From a virus: DNA of 64,000 bases. Shown one piece after another: positions 1-9,787 of the stretch. How positions within the stretch are numbered: the first letter of the stretch is position 1; every line of letters begins with the position of its first letter. The stretch spans positions 1 to 64,000 of the IMG/VR virus record IMGVR_UViG_3300023223_000630; one strand, 5' to 3'. The notes under the pieces were generated by a model. It saw only the letters and a list, made by a program, of their open reading frames with translations, did no database searches and had not been told where the DNA came from. The position numbers and the translations under genes are program-made.

Positions 1-127
1 ATTATTAAAACAATGTATATCCAATGAACTAGCAGAAGCAAATAGGTTAAAGAGATTAGAAATAATGAAAGATGATGATTATATGACACTTGAATTATTG
101 AAAGAAGAATTAAAGGATCAAGCATGA
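1..127 (+). CDS. 3' end of an upstream gene (partial)
   Basis: Frame open from window edge (first full codon nt 2) to TGA 125-127; charged helical tail ...LELLKEELKDQA; ATGA overlap with next start. Confidence 0.4.
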   Translation, partial: LLKQCISNELAEANRLKRLEIMKDDDYMTLELLKEELKDQA

Positions 128-1128
128 AATTATCTGAACTCCCGGGTGTAGGGGAAGCAATAGAAAAAAAATTCATTGATGCTGGAATTATTGATGCTGA
201 TTCTGTACTGAACTATTCCCCGGATGAGATAATGGAGGTAACAGGGATGAATGGAACATCTGTGAAAAAAATGTTTAATAAAATATTAACTAAAATGAGG
301 GAAGACAAGTTAATACCTCCAAGATTCAGACCTGGTAGAGAAGTTGGAGAGGATAGAAAGGATGTAGAATTCATTGATTTGGGGGTAGATGCATTTAAGA
401 AACTATTTGGAAACGGAATAGAGACAAAAGCAACAACAGAATTTTATGGAGAGTTTGGATCCGGGAAAACACAATTATGTCATACTGCAGCAGTAAGAAG
501 TCAATTTTCAAAAGAAGATGGAGGATTAGGAGGTAAGGTATTGTGGATTGATTCAGAAGATACATTCAGACCAGAACGAATTATAGCCATATGTGAAATG
601 CAAGATTTGGACAGTGACAAGTTTTTAGATGGTATTATACATGCAAAAGCATTTAACAGTACTGATCAACAGTTAATATTAGAAGAGGCAGAACAAATAC
701 TAAAGAAGGAAAATATCAGATTAATAATTGTAGATTCCAGTACCGGACTGTTTAGAAGTGGTTATGTGGGAAGAGGTACATTATCAAACAGACAGGGAGA
801 AATAAACAAATTTGTAACAAGAGCATCAAGAATATCACAGAATTTTAACATTGCAGTTATATTGACAAACCAAGTTTATTCATCCCCTGATCAAACATGG
901 GGTGATCCAACCAGACCAGTAGGAGGACATATAATGGCACATTCCAGTACATACAGAATATATTTTAAGAAATCCGGAAAGTTTAGAATTGCTAAAATGG
1001 TAGACTCTCCAGGTCATCCGGAAACAGAAGTATCATTTGGACTATCTGCAGGAGGAGTAGTAGATATGGAAGTAAAAGAGAAAGAAATAAAGGAACTAGC
1101 AAAGGAAAAGAAAAAGAGTAAGAAATGA
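124..1128 (+). CDS. radA: RadA/Rad51-type recombinase
   Basis: 334 aa; N-terminal helix-hairpin-helix region (LSELPGVGEAIEKKFIDAGI), Walker A GEFGSGKTQLCH, Walker B RLIIVDSS, full RadA length and layout. Confidence 0.9.
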   Translation: MKLSELPGVGEAIEKKFIDAGIIDADSVLNYSPDEIMEVTGMNGTSVKKMFNKILTKMREDKLIPPRFRPGREVGEDRKDVEFIDLGVDAFKKLFGNGIETKATTEFYGEFGSGKTQLCHTAAVRSQFSKEDGGLGGKVLWIDSEDTFRPERIIAICEMQDLDSDKFLDGIIHAKAFNSTDQQLILEEAEQILKKENIRLIIVDSSTGLFRSGYVGRGTLSNRQGEINKFVTRASRISQNFNIAVILTNQVYSSPDQTWGDPTRPVGGHIMAHSSTYRIYFKKSGKFRIAKMVDSPGHPETEVSFGLSAGGVVDMEVKEKEIKELAKEKKKSKK

Positions 1129-1400
1129 ACCTAGAACCTTATAAAAACTTTCTAGATACAAACAAACTTTCTAACCTATTTGATACTTTTTCAAAGATAT
1201 TTTTAAAAAGAAAACTGGATGTAATGGAGGCAACAGAAACAGAATTCTTAACATCTCACTCTCTAAGATTAATTATAAAAATGATTGATGAATTTAAGAT
1301 AAATCATAGAGTGATTTACACATCTGATATCTCACATACAGTAGAGGGTATAGATGTAATATACCTGTGTAAAATTCAACATATACCATATAATGAATAG
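1125..1400 (+). CDS. hypothetical protein (91 aa)
   Basis: ATGA overlap with radA stop; no competing ORF; no recognisable motif. Confidence 0.5.
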   Translation: MNLEPYKNFLDTNKLSNLFDTFSKIFLKRKLDVMEATETEFLTSHSLRLIIKMIDEFKINHRVIYTSDISHTVEGIDVIYLCKIQHIPYNE

Positions 1401-1408
1401 TTTATATA

Positions 1409-1528
1409 ATGGAAGTATTTAATACACCTATGTTTGTTTGCCCCGATTGTGATGTTGAACTAGTAGAAACCAAGCATACAAAGGGATTATATGAGTGTCC
1501 TGATTGTACTGATGAATTTGTACAATAA
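1409..1528 (+). CDS. zinc-ribbon mini-protein (39 aa)
   Basis: Hand-translated MEVFNTPMFVCPDCDVELVETKHTKGLYECPDCTDEFVQ; two CPDC pairs; below the ORF-track size cutoff. Confidence 0.5.
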   Translation: MEVFNTPMFVCPDCDVELVETKHTKGLYECPDCTDEFVQ

Positions 1529-1567
1529 ATTTTAATAGTTTAAAAAAAGTTATAAAAGTGAACAATT

Positions 1568-3529
1568 ATGGATATTTTCAAAAAAGCTCCTGCACCAGCT
1601 CCAAGTAAAATGTCTATTAATATGATAGATATTCCAGCTATGTCTACTCCTGGAGGCGACATGATGAAAGCAGATGGAAGCTATGCAAGTGTCGGAAGAC
1701 CTACAATGGGTCAACCATTTCTTACAGTAGGATCAAACTCTAAAATTCCAACATGGAGATTACCGGCATACAAAGTATTTGAGATGTTTGAAACAATTGG
1801 TGATTTGCGTAGTATAATGCACGCAATACAGCGTGAGATGTTTAAAAACGGACTAGCCATAGAACCCTCATTTCGATACCAATGTCAAGTGTGTCTAAAA
1901 GAATTTACAGAAAAACCGGCAAAAGAATACATTCCGTTACACAGTTCTACACAAGATGACAGAGAAGAGAATTTACAATGTGATGAATGCGGAAATGAAG
2001 ATCATAATAAATTTAGAAAACCAAAACCAGAGGAACGAGCCATACTACAAGCACTCATAAAAGACACATTAAATCATAACGGGGAAAAACTCAAAAAAAT
2101 ATCAAGAGAATTTGAAATGGATTTAGATAAAATAGATAATGCATATACACTAGTTACAAGAAATTACAGGGTTAAAAAATTAACTTCACCTGATCCGGAT
2201 ACGGGAGCAACAGCTAAGGTAGTATCAGTTACAGATTATGGGGATATGGATGAGATGATAAGAATAAATCCAGCAATTATGACACTTATTGCAAACGAGG
2301 AAGGGGAACCAGGATTTGATGATTCAAACAATCCTAAATGGATATGTCCAGATTATTTACACAGAACCAAATTATTATCAAAACCATTCTGTGATACATG
2401 TGGATTAGAAGCATTTACAGCATTTTTTACAGTTAATGAGTATCCTTACGGAGTTCCATTGGAAACACCTAAAAAAATGTATTATCCAAAACATGAGGTA
2501 ATATGGACAGCAGGAAAATATGAGCCTCATGAGTTATTTGGCAGTTCACCATTAAATGCAGTATGGAAAAAAGCACTATCACTATTTTACCAGGATGAGT
2601 ATATTTGGAAATATTTTGACAAGGACAGACCACCAAAATCACTACTCACAATATCATCTAGAAACTATGAAAGTGTAGAATCATTCATGGAGAAAAATAG
2701 AGGCGGTGCAAGAGCTGATCCATATATGCCAAGAGTATTACTAACTCAGACTGATGATGGAAAATCCGGAATTGAATTCATTGATTTAACCCCAAACTTC
2801 CAGGAATTAGAATTATTAGGATTAAGAAAAGAACTAAGAGGTTCTTTGGATTCCATATATGGTGTACAGCCAACAGTATTGGGAGATATGGGAGGCGGGG
2901 GAAAATCAGGAGGAGGCAAAGGAGATAGTACAATTCAGGTAACACTAACAAACAGAACAATAAAGGGATATCAACAGGATTTAGATGAATACTTTTTTGA
3001 TCAATTAACAGTAAATATTATGGGAATAAAGGATTGGAAAATCAAACTAAATGTATCTGAAGAAATAGACGAGTTACGAGAACAGCAGCTAATAGGTGAA
3101 AAATTGAATAATTTGCAATTGCTCCAAATGTCAGGATTTGATGCTTGGTTTGATGGTAATGGTAAAATAATGCATACAAGCTATCCGGATCCTAAAAAAG
3201 TTGAACTAATGATGGGTGGTGGTGGAATGCAACAAGGTGGAGCTGCAAAAGGTGATAAGACTAAAAATAGAAAGGTAAAAGAAGACAAGGCTACCAAGTT
3301 TGGGGGAGAACCAAAAGATAATGTTCCATCTGATGAAGGTGGAGATCTGGGATCCTCACCAAGTTCAGGATTCTCATACAGTGACAAGGCGTTGGAAATA
3401 ATTCAAAAAGGATTAGTAAATGAATGGACACTAAACAATATGGCCAAGAAACTCTCTGCAGAAACGGATGAAACAACTGTACAATGCAAAAGATTTATTA
3501 AAAATCTAATCAGAAACAGTTTACAATGA
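1568..3529 (+). CDS. portal protein (putative), with Cys4 zinc-ribbon insertion
   Basis: 653 aa, first large gene of a portal-protease-scaffold-capsid series; Gly-rich flexible C-terminal region; CQVC...CDEC insertion at aa 106-141. Assignment by position and size only. Confidence 0.6.
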   Translation: MDIFKKAPAPAPSKMSINMIDIPAMSTPGGDMMKADGSYASVGRPTMGQPFLTVGSNSKIPTWRLPAYKVFEMFETIGDLRSIMHAIQREMFKNGLAIEPSFRYQCQVCLKEFTEKPAKEYIPLHSSTQDDREENLQCDECGNEDHNKFRKPKPEERAILQALIKDTLNHNGEKLKKISREFEMDLDKIDNAYTLVTRNYRVKKLTSPDPDTGATAKVVSVTDYGDMDEMIRINPAIMTLIANEEGEPGFDDSNNPKWICPDYLHRTKLLSKPFCDTCGLEAFTAFFTVNEYPYGVPLETPKKMYYPKHEVIWTAGKYEPHELFGSSPLNAVWKKALSLFYQDEYIWKYFDKDRPPKSLLTISSRNYESVESFMEKNRGGARADPYMPRVLLTQTDDGKSGIEFIDLTPNFQELELLGLRKELRGSLDSIYGVQPTVLGDMGGGGKSGGGKGDSTIQVTLTNRTIKGYQQDLDEYFFDQLTVNIMGIKDWKIKLNVSEEIDELREQQLIGEKLNNLQLLQMSGFDAWFDGNGKIMHTSYPDPKKVELMMGGGGMQQGGAAKGDKTKNRKVKEDKATKFGGEPKDNVPSDEGGDLGSSPSSGFSYSDKALEIIQKGLVNEWTLNNMAKKLSAETDETTVQCKRFIKNLIRNSLQ

Positions 3530-3630
3530 TACGAAAATGTCTAAATTGTGATAACATTCCAAATTTAAGCGTGTATTGTTCTAGGAAATGTGAAGATGAA
3601 TATATGTTAAAGGAGTCAAAATCAAAATGA
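3526..3630 (+). CDS. Cys-rich mini-protein (34 aa)
   Basis: MIRKCLNCDNIPNLSVYCSRKCEDEYMLKESKSK; ATGA overlaps with both neighbours. Confidence 0.4.
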   Translation: MIRKCLNCDNIPNLSVYCSRKCEDEYMLKESKSK

Positions 3631-4115
3631 GTGATAAAACCTACAAAGAATCACTCAATGACAAAATGTATGATGCATACATGAAAAATGAGGCACGTAA
3701 AAAGAAAAGAGAAAATGACTGGACTAAACGATTTTACAAACTAATAAAAAGTGATGAACAAAAGAAAATAACAAAATACGGGGAAGGATTCTGTTATGGA
3801 TGCTCAGAAGTTAGAGATGTAATATCTAGTTTGTTTTTTGTATGTAACCACTGTGCCGGAAAACGGGGAACAGAAGGATTAATTAAAAACAACACATTCT
3901 GTCCAAGAGAAGAACTATGTGATGTATGCGGATACTGGAAATACATGGATATATGGCAACGAAATATTAACATGTGTGGTAAATGTTGTGACAGAACTAT
4001 CCAAATACACAACAAGTATAGAAAAACCGGAGGAATTACACCCGCACAAAAGAAACAAGACAAACTATACGGTAAGAACTGGCAAAAAGAAATGAAATCA
4101 ACTTTTAGAAAATAA
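3627..4115 (+). CDS. Cys-rich (multi zinc-finger-like) protein
   Basis: 162 aa; CYGC..CNHC, CDVC, CGKCC clusters; basic N-terminus. Confidence 0.55.
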   Translation: MSDKTYKESLNDKMYDAYMKNEARKKKRENDWTKRFYKLIKSDEQKKITKYGEGFCYGCSEVRDVISSLFFVCNHCAGKRGTEGLIKNNTFCPREELCDVCGYWKYMDIWQRNINMCGKCCDRTIQIHNKYRKTGGITPAQKKQDKLYGKNWQKEMKSTFRK

Positions 4116-4469
4116 CATCATATGTAACACATTTGTAACAGGATTGTACAGTTTTTTTCCACAAACATTTGCTTTCTTAATTTTCTGTGATACAAATACT
4201 CTTCTTATTACTTTTTGATAAACTGTTTTCTTGAAAAATCTAAATCGGGGAAATTTAACTGATAACAAACTAGTTTCATTATCAAACTCTAAATTAAAAT
4301 CAGTTAATTCTGTTAAATATTCATCATATTTCATACCATTTTTAGGAATCATAATTTTACAACCACTCCCAAAAGATAAATCATAAACATCTTCTAATTC
4401 ACTTAGCTCATCCCTATGTGTATTCATTGTGTAGAACCTCTCCATTGTATCATAAATGAATATGTCCAT
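4098..4469 (-). CDS. hypothetical protein (123 aa)
   Basis: Only minus-strand ORF in the head module; no motif recognised. Confidence 0.45.
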   Translation of the reverse strand: MDIFIYDTMERFYTMNTHRDELSELEDVYDLSFGSGCKIMIPKNGMKYDEYLTELTDFNLEFDNETSLLSVKFPRFRFFKKTVYQKVIRRVFVSQKIKKANVCGKKLYNPVTNVLHMMLFSKS

Positions 4470-4540
4470 ACATAACCATTAAAATTAGCATATATATACT
4501 CTCACAAACTTTTAAATATACAATAATGTGTCATATCTTT

Positions 4541-4945
4541 ATGAATAAATTCTTACATATTTTAGCACTACTCAGTGTTATTATAGGTATAGGAGGATTA
4601 ACTGGAACAGCTTTTGCTCAAAATGACACTTCAGAAATAAATGATGTACTATATCATTTAGTAACAGCATCCACATTTTTAATTGCCGGAATATTTTACT
4701 CTGCTTCTGGTTATATCAACAAATTAAGAAGAAGTTTAAGTGGGGAAAAGGTAGAAATAGATTATGTAAGAATGGGGAAAACTATGATTCTTGGAGTTGT
4801 ATTAGGTGTAGGAGCATTTATTCTTTCAATATACAATGGGGATATCATACATGTAGACACAATGCATGAGTTCTTTGTTCAAGTTGGATTAAATGCAGCA
4901 GCTATTCTATTCATTCATAAATGGATATTAGCATCTCCAAAATAA
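4541..4945 (+). CDS. membrane/exported protein
   Basis: Signal-like N-terminus (LALLSVIIGIGGLTGTAFA) plus 3 further hydrophobic spans. I prefer the start at ATG 4541 (track start 4526) because the TATA-like AAACTTTTAAATAT lies at 4505-4518. Confidence 0.55.
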   Translation: MNKFLHILALLSVIIGIGGLTGTAFAQNDTSEINDVLYHLVTASTFLIAGIFYSASGYINKLRRSLSGEKVEIDYVRMGKTMILGVVLGVGAFILSIYNGDIIHVDTMHEFFVQVGLNAAAILFIHKWILASPK

Positions 4946-4984
4946 ATTAACAATATTTTTATACTTTTATTTTAACGTTTATAT

Positions 4985-5791
4985 ATGGATAATGTAGTAG
5001 AATTCACTAATTTTATCACTAAAGGAATAGAAATTGAAAAATCCGATGGCAGAACTTTTACCGGATATCTTACAGTTGAAGTAGTTGATAAACAAAATGA
5101 ATTCATTGCAATAGGTGAAATTACCAAAGCTATGAAAAACTATATGGCATTGACACCAAACGTTTCTGATTTTCATAGTAACAGAATGGTTGGATTTCTA
5201 AAATCATTTGAAGAATCAGAGTATCAAGGACATCCGGCAATAAAAGCAAAAATTGAGATTCATAAACAGGAAGGAACTTTACTGTATGATCAAGTCTGGG
5301 AGAAAATCAAATCCGGAGAATACAAAGGATTGTCAATTGGTGGAGCTGCAAAAACAAAAATCCCGGTAATTAAAAATGGTAAAATGTATGTAATGTTAAA
5401 AGATTTAGAAATATATGAATATGCAGTATGCCCTAGTCCTGCAAATCAACTAGCAATAATAGACAATGTAAATGATATTGCAAAGGCAATAGGAAATAAT
5501 GACATGTTCCAGGATAGAAACGGTAGAAATGTAATCCAATGTGATAATGTAGTTTGTCAGTTTGAAAAGGGTACAAACATGGATAATGACACTGATGCAG
5601 ATAATGTTCAGCCATACCAAATAAAAGAAATTAAACAAAAACAAAAAGAGATAAAAAAATTACTCGATACAATTGTAAAAACCCCTGAAAATCCGGAAAC
5701 TATATCAAAATTAGAAAAAATGATATATGATAAAACCCCTCAAGGAGTAATAGAAAAACAGCTTAAATCATTAATCCAAAAATATACATAA
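4985..5791 (+). CDS. prohead (capsid maturation) protease, HK97 S78-like
   Basis: FTGYLTVEVVDKQNEFI, DFHSNRMVG (His) and GLSIGG (Ser) resemble HK97-family protease motifs; sits between portal and scaffold/capsid. Confidence 0.7.
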   Translation: MDNVVEFTNFITKGIEIEKSDGRTFTGYLTVEVVDKQNEFIAIGEITKAMKNYMALTPNVSDFHSNRMVGFLKSFEESEYQGHPAIKAKIEIHKQEGTLLYDQVWEKIKSGEYKGLSIGGAAKTKIPVIKNGKMYVMLKDLEIYEYAVCPSPANQLAIIDNVNDIAKAIGNNDMFQDRNGRNVIQCDNVVCQFEKGTNMDNDTDADNVQPYQIKEIKQKQKEIKKLLDTIVKTPENPETISKLEKMIYDKTPQGVIEKQLKSLIQKYT

Positions 5792-5825
5792 TATATACCT
5801 TTTTAAATTTATATATAACCGATTA

Positions 5826-6569
5826 ATGATTTATATTATGACTGATAAAGTCGAAAAAACAGAAAGTAAAGACGATACAGTAGAGAAATCTAATTCTTCT
5901 ATCGATCTCTTGACTACAATTGTTCAAAAACAAGATAAACAACTTGAAGAGCTTTCAAAAGCTCAACAAGATGTTATGTCCAAATTGGATGATTTATCAA
6001 AAGCAGTTGATTCCGACAAATCCATTAAACCGGAACACGGAATGGAACTCAAACCAAAAACAGAAGGTGATAACGTAGGAGATAAAACAAAAGCTCCAAA
6101 CGAAGTAGCACCGGATGACCGTCATGGTATCAAACCAGAAACGGGAAAGGAACTTACTTCAACTGATGGATCTCAACTCTCAATGGAAACAAAAGCCGAT
6201 GAGAAAAAAGAAGAGATGAAAGACAATTATAAAAAAGAAGATAAGAAAGAAGATAAAGTAGAAAAAGACGATACTAAAGAAGAAGAATACAAAGATAAAA
6301 AGCGTGAGGATATAAAGAAATCAGAAATCCTAAAGGGAGAGTATGATTACAAAATTACTCATACTGTAAAACCATTTGAATTTGTAAACAAATCAGAAGG
6401 TGCAATTCCAACAGGATATCAAATCATGCAAGCCATGTTTAACGGTTATGCTGTCAATGGAGTTAAAAAATGTGTCAATGTTTCACAAGTACACGCTGAA
6501 ACCCTAAGTAGGTTACACAAAGGTGACTTTGGAACAGGATTACCTCAAGGAGATGCTTATCTAATATGA
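5826..6569 (+). CDS. scaffolding-like protein
   Basis: K/E/D-rich low-complexity, coiled-coil-like, directly upstream of the capsid gene with ATGA overlap. Real start may be ATG 5838. Confidence 0.55.
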   Translation: MIYIMTDKVEKTESKDDTVEKSNSSIDLLTTIVQKQDKQLEELSKAQQDVMSKLDDLSKAVDSDKSIKPEHGMELKPKTEGDNVGDKTKAPNEVAPDDRHGIKPETGKELTSTDGSQLSMETKADEKKEEMKDNYKKEDKKEDKVEKDDTKEEEYKDKKREDIKKSEILKGEYDYKITHTVKPFEFVNKSEGAIPTGYQIMQAMFNGYAVNGVKKCVNVSQVHAETLSRLHKGDFGTGLPQGDAYLI

Positions 6570-7849
6570 GACCTCCAACTATTCCAGGTATCCAAACCAT
6601 AGATGAATTGGCACAATACTACTATGGTAGAACACCAGAAGATATTTACAAAGCAGCAGGAGGTTTTACTACTCAAACACCGGGAGCATACAATCCAATT
6701 TTCGGTGCAATGGTATGGGCAAACTTTAATCTTGAAGCTAATATCTGGGCTTTACTACCAAAATATGCATGGACAAGATCCGGATGGCGTATTTTCAGTG
6801 AAAAAGCTGGAGATATCGCAGATGCCGGAACTAGCAACAACACTACTTTAGGTGGTTCCGTAGAAGGAGCAATTATTGCAGAAGCAATAAGACCAACAGT
6901 AGAAGAGATATTCACCAAACCAAAACTGGTTCAATATCCTTTCCAAGTCTCACAACTTATGGAACAGTTGAACGATGTTTCTGCAGATGATTTGTATGGT
7001 AACTTAAACCAACAAAGAGTTTATGCAGCAGATCAAAACAAGGAAAACTTTAACAAAATGCTTTCCCTTGATCCAAGAACATTAGTTGGTGGAAGTCAAT
7101 CTGAATCAGATGACAATGATACATTCTCTAGACTAAATCTTGAAAGTATAGAAAGAATTGTAGCTAGCAATGCTCAGTTTCTTGCAGAAAAAACAGCCGA
7201 ATCAGATTTGGCTACTGATGCATACAATCCATGGTCAACAACTGTTCAAATCTCCCGTGATACTACTACTACATTTGATAGTACTGTATTAAGTGCCGGA
7301 TCAGATCTTGAAACTTCAGACGTATTAACTGATACATTAATTGTTGATACTATCCAAGAACTAATCACAGCAGGAGGCAAACAACCAACCGTATTTTTGG
7401 GTGGAAATGATACAATGGCTCAAGTACAACACTTGTACATGAATGCTTATCGTATCACTGATCCTAAAGCAATGCAGGAAGCATACAGTGTTGGTGTTAA
7501 TGGTGTAGACACATATAATGGTACAAGCGTAGGATTAATGATTTCTACAGTGTATGGTGCTCCATTCATCCCATCAAAGGATACCACAACCGGTATCAGT
7601 GCTGGAGATGTAGGAAATCTTTACATGCTAAATACTACCGCTGACAAAAATACTCCAAACATTCCAATGTTGGGTATTAGAGTTTTGCAACCAACTCTGT
7701 ATTATGAAGCATCCCAACGTCAACAAGGATTCCCATTTATCAACGGAGCCTTTAACGACAGAGGAATTTATGCAACATACGCAGATACAGTTTGTACAAA
7801 CTTTAAAGCACAAGGTAAAATCGTAAATATTCAACCAACATCAAGTTAG
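6566..7849 (+). CDS. major capsid protein (putative HK97 fold)
   Basis: 427 aa after protease and scaffold; followed by the strongest T-tract in the window. Assignment by synteny and size. Confidence 0.7.
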   Translation: MRPPTIPGIQTIDELAQYYYGRTPEDIYKAAGGFTTQTPGAYNPIFGAMVWANFNLEANIWALLPKYAWTRSGWRIFSEKAGDIADAGTSNNTTLGGSVEGAIIAEAIRPTVEEIFTKPKLVQYPFQVSQLMEQLNDVSADDLYGNLNQQRVYAADQNKENFNKMLSLDPRTLVGGSQSESDDNDTFSRLNLESIERIVASNAQFLAEKTAESDLATDAYNPWSTTVQISRDTTTTFDSTVLSAGSDLETSDVLTDTLIVDTIQELITAGGKQPTVFLGGNDTMAQVQHLYMNAYRITDPKAMQEAYSVGVNGVDTYNGTSVGLMISTVYGAPFIPSKDTTTGISAGDVGNLYMLNTTADKNTPNIPMLGIRVLQPTLYYEASQRQQGFPFINGAFNDRGIYATYADTVCTNFKAQGKIVNIQPTSS

Positions 7850-7853
7850 TTGA

Positions 7854-7875
7854 TTTTCCTTTTTTTATTTTTTTT
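7854..7875 (+). terminator. oligo-T transcription terminator after the capsid gene
   Basis: TTTTCCTTTTTTTATTTTTTTT immediately after the stop at 7847-7849; archaeal termination uses T-runs. Confidence 0.55.
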
Positions 7876-7915
7876 ACTAATAATACTTATATGTATCACT
7901 TTTAGTAACTCTAAT

Positions 7916-8284
7916 ATGACAAAAACCGTTATCTTACATCCAAGATTTAGCAAGTTAAATGGTGGTGGAGTTGATCTTTTAGTAAAACAAAATACACCAA
8001 ACCGTGAAAGACGGGCAGTATGTCTTGTTTCATTTGTAGATGAAACCGCTACTACTGGAGGAATTTTTATTGATTTTTCAGTAATTAGAAAATTTAAAGA
8101 AGTTTATGCAGCTAATATTATAAGTGTTACAGCTAATGATTTTACCCTTATATTTGCACCTGACCAGAGTACAAATAACAATGCTGCATCTGGAAAAATC
8201 CGACTATTTAATAAAGATACAGGAGCAGAAATAGTATCCGGAGATCAAACTTTTGAATCTGTAATTGAAATTTACGGTATCTAG
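7916..8284 (+). CDS. hypothetical head-associated protein (122 aa)
   Basis: The track ORF starts at TTG 7850 inside the T-tract, so I prefer ATG 7916 (MTKTVILHPRF...). Position suggests decoration or an accessory head protein. Confidence 0.5.
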   Translation: MTKTVILHPRFSKLNGGGVDLLVKQNTPNRERRAVCLVSFVDETATTGGIFIDFSVIRKFKEVYAANIISVTANDFTLIFAPDQSTNNNAASGKIRLFNKDTGAEIVSGDQTFESVIEIYGI

Positions 8285-8333
8285 TAAAAAATTTTAGCAA
8301 TACTTTTATATCTTTTATTAAGAACGGTTATAT

Positions 8334-9581
8334 ATGATTGTTTCTGGAAAACGTTCAAGTGGTAGTTTTATAGATAATGCCGGGGGAAGCACTTTTGTAT
8401 CATATGACATACAGGACACATCATTAGATCTTGTAAGTGATGTATTTACCAATATCTTAGAAATTGATTCGCAAAAAGTAAGCAGATCAACAATAAACAT
8501 GAATAACACAGGTACAGACTATTCAACTTTTGGAGAGTCCACATTTTCAACTACAGCCAATGTTCCAGATTACATAACAACAAGTCCTTCAACAGGACTT
8601 CGATTTGTTACAATGGCTACTAATAATACCATTGAAGTATATGATACATCAGACATCCTCATAAACATATTTGGAGGAACAGGTACAACTGACGGATTGT
8701 TTACTGGTATAAATGGAATAGCAGCAAACGGAAAAGAAGTTCATGTATGCGATACAGACAATGAAAGAATACAGGTATTTACCGAAGATGGTACATTTAT
8801 ACGATCATATGGAGAAGAGATGGTTGAACCGCAGGATATTTCATTTGATCCTAATAATGGAAATGCATATGTAGTTGACAATACTCATGATGGTTGTCAC
8901 GTATATGATAAAGACGGGCGTTTTCTTTTTGTTTTCGGATCATTTAATTTTCCATCCGGAGTAACCGTAGATCCTGCGGGAAAACGGGTATTCATATGTG
9001 ACTTGGCAGATGACAAGATTTTTGTATTTGATACCAAAGGAAAACCTTTATTCACATTTGGATCCACGGGAGCAGGAAATGGACAGTTTAAAAGTCCTTT
9101 CAAAGCTGTAGTAGATGCCCAGAACAACATAACAGTAAGTGATTCTGACAATAACAGATTACAGACATTTAATCAGGATGGGGTATTCATATTTGCAGTT
9201 ACAGCAAGTACATTTCCTGAAGGAATAACAATATCTTCTGACGGTGTTATTAGTGTTACCAAAAAAACCAATACGATAAGTGTATTTACTCCATCCGGTT
9301 CAGCATCAGGTAATCTTAACTATAGGATATTCGGATCCACAAGTGACAATGCAGAGTTTACAGATCCAATTAATGATCCAAAATGGATAAATCTTCTTTC
9401 TGTCCGTGACATTGATGAAAATCCTGGTAATTCATACTCCGATCTTTTTGAGCTTCCTATCCTGAGTGAGAAAAAAATATATGAGAGTTTCAGAAACAGT
9501 TGGAGGCTTGTAATAGTTCAGATGGCTGGAGATGCTATCCGTACAGGTGCAAGAGCTTGGCATCGGGGTGAATCAACATAG
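8334..9581 (+). CDS. NHL-repeat beta-propeller protein
   Basis: Repeats of the type VCDTDNERIQVFTEDGTFIRSYG, VVDNTHDGCHVYDKDGRFLFVFG, ICDLADDKIFVFDTKGKPLFTFG, VSDSDNNRLQTFNQDGVF. Confidence 0.75.
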   Translation: MIVSGKRSSGSFIDNAGGSTFVSYDIQDTSLDLVSDVFTNILEIDSQKVSRSTINMNNTGTDYSTFGESTFSTTANVPDYITTSPSTGLRFVTMATNNTIEVYDTSDILINIFGGTGTTDGLFTGINGIAANGKEVHVCDTDNERIQVFTEDGTFIRSYGEEMVEPQDISFDPNNGNAYVVDNTHDGCHVYDKDGRFLFVFGSFNFPSGVTVDPAGKRVFICDLADDKIFVFDTKGKPLFTFGSTGAGNGQFKSPFKAVVDAQNNITVSDSDNNRLQTFNQDGVFIFAVTASTFPEGITISSDGVISVTKKTNTISVFTPSGSASGNLNYRIFGSTSDNAEFTDPINDPKWINLLSVRDIDENPGNSYSDLFELPILSEKKIYESFRNSWRLVIVQMAGDAIRTGARAWHRGEST

Positions 9582-9787
9582 TACTAGTTGGAGATCTTGA
9601 CATTATATCCCTAGATACTATCAAGACATTAGACGTAACACATTTGGATTTTGAAGGTACACTTGATGCTCCGGGAGAGTTTGTTACTACACCACCTGAA
9701 GAACCAGATATGTTATATGAAGATTTAGTTGATGTTTTAATGGCATATCAAGATGATGATTTAATGGAATATGAAGGAGGTACGTAG

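Noticed and set aside
2778-3476. Track ORFs 2778-2960, 3181-3387 and 3291-3476 (minus) inside the portal gene
   Set aside because: They are antisense to a long, motif-bearing ORF, have low-complexity Leu/Pro/Ser-rich translations and no promoter context. The same reasoning applies to 3794-4063, 4979-5176, 5433-5644, 6603-6918, 7628-7834, 8318-8509 and 8897-9151.
9572-9787. Acidic 70-codon frame (..DLDIISLDTIKTLDVTHLDFEGTLDAPGEF...MEYEGGT) with no start codon; considered a -1 frameshift extension of the NHL gene
   Set aside because: The -1 frame has a TGA at 9569-9571, leaving only ~10 nt before the NHL stop and no slippery sequence. It may start at an internal TTG or ATG or be untranslated, so I did not annotate it.
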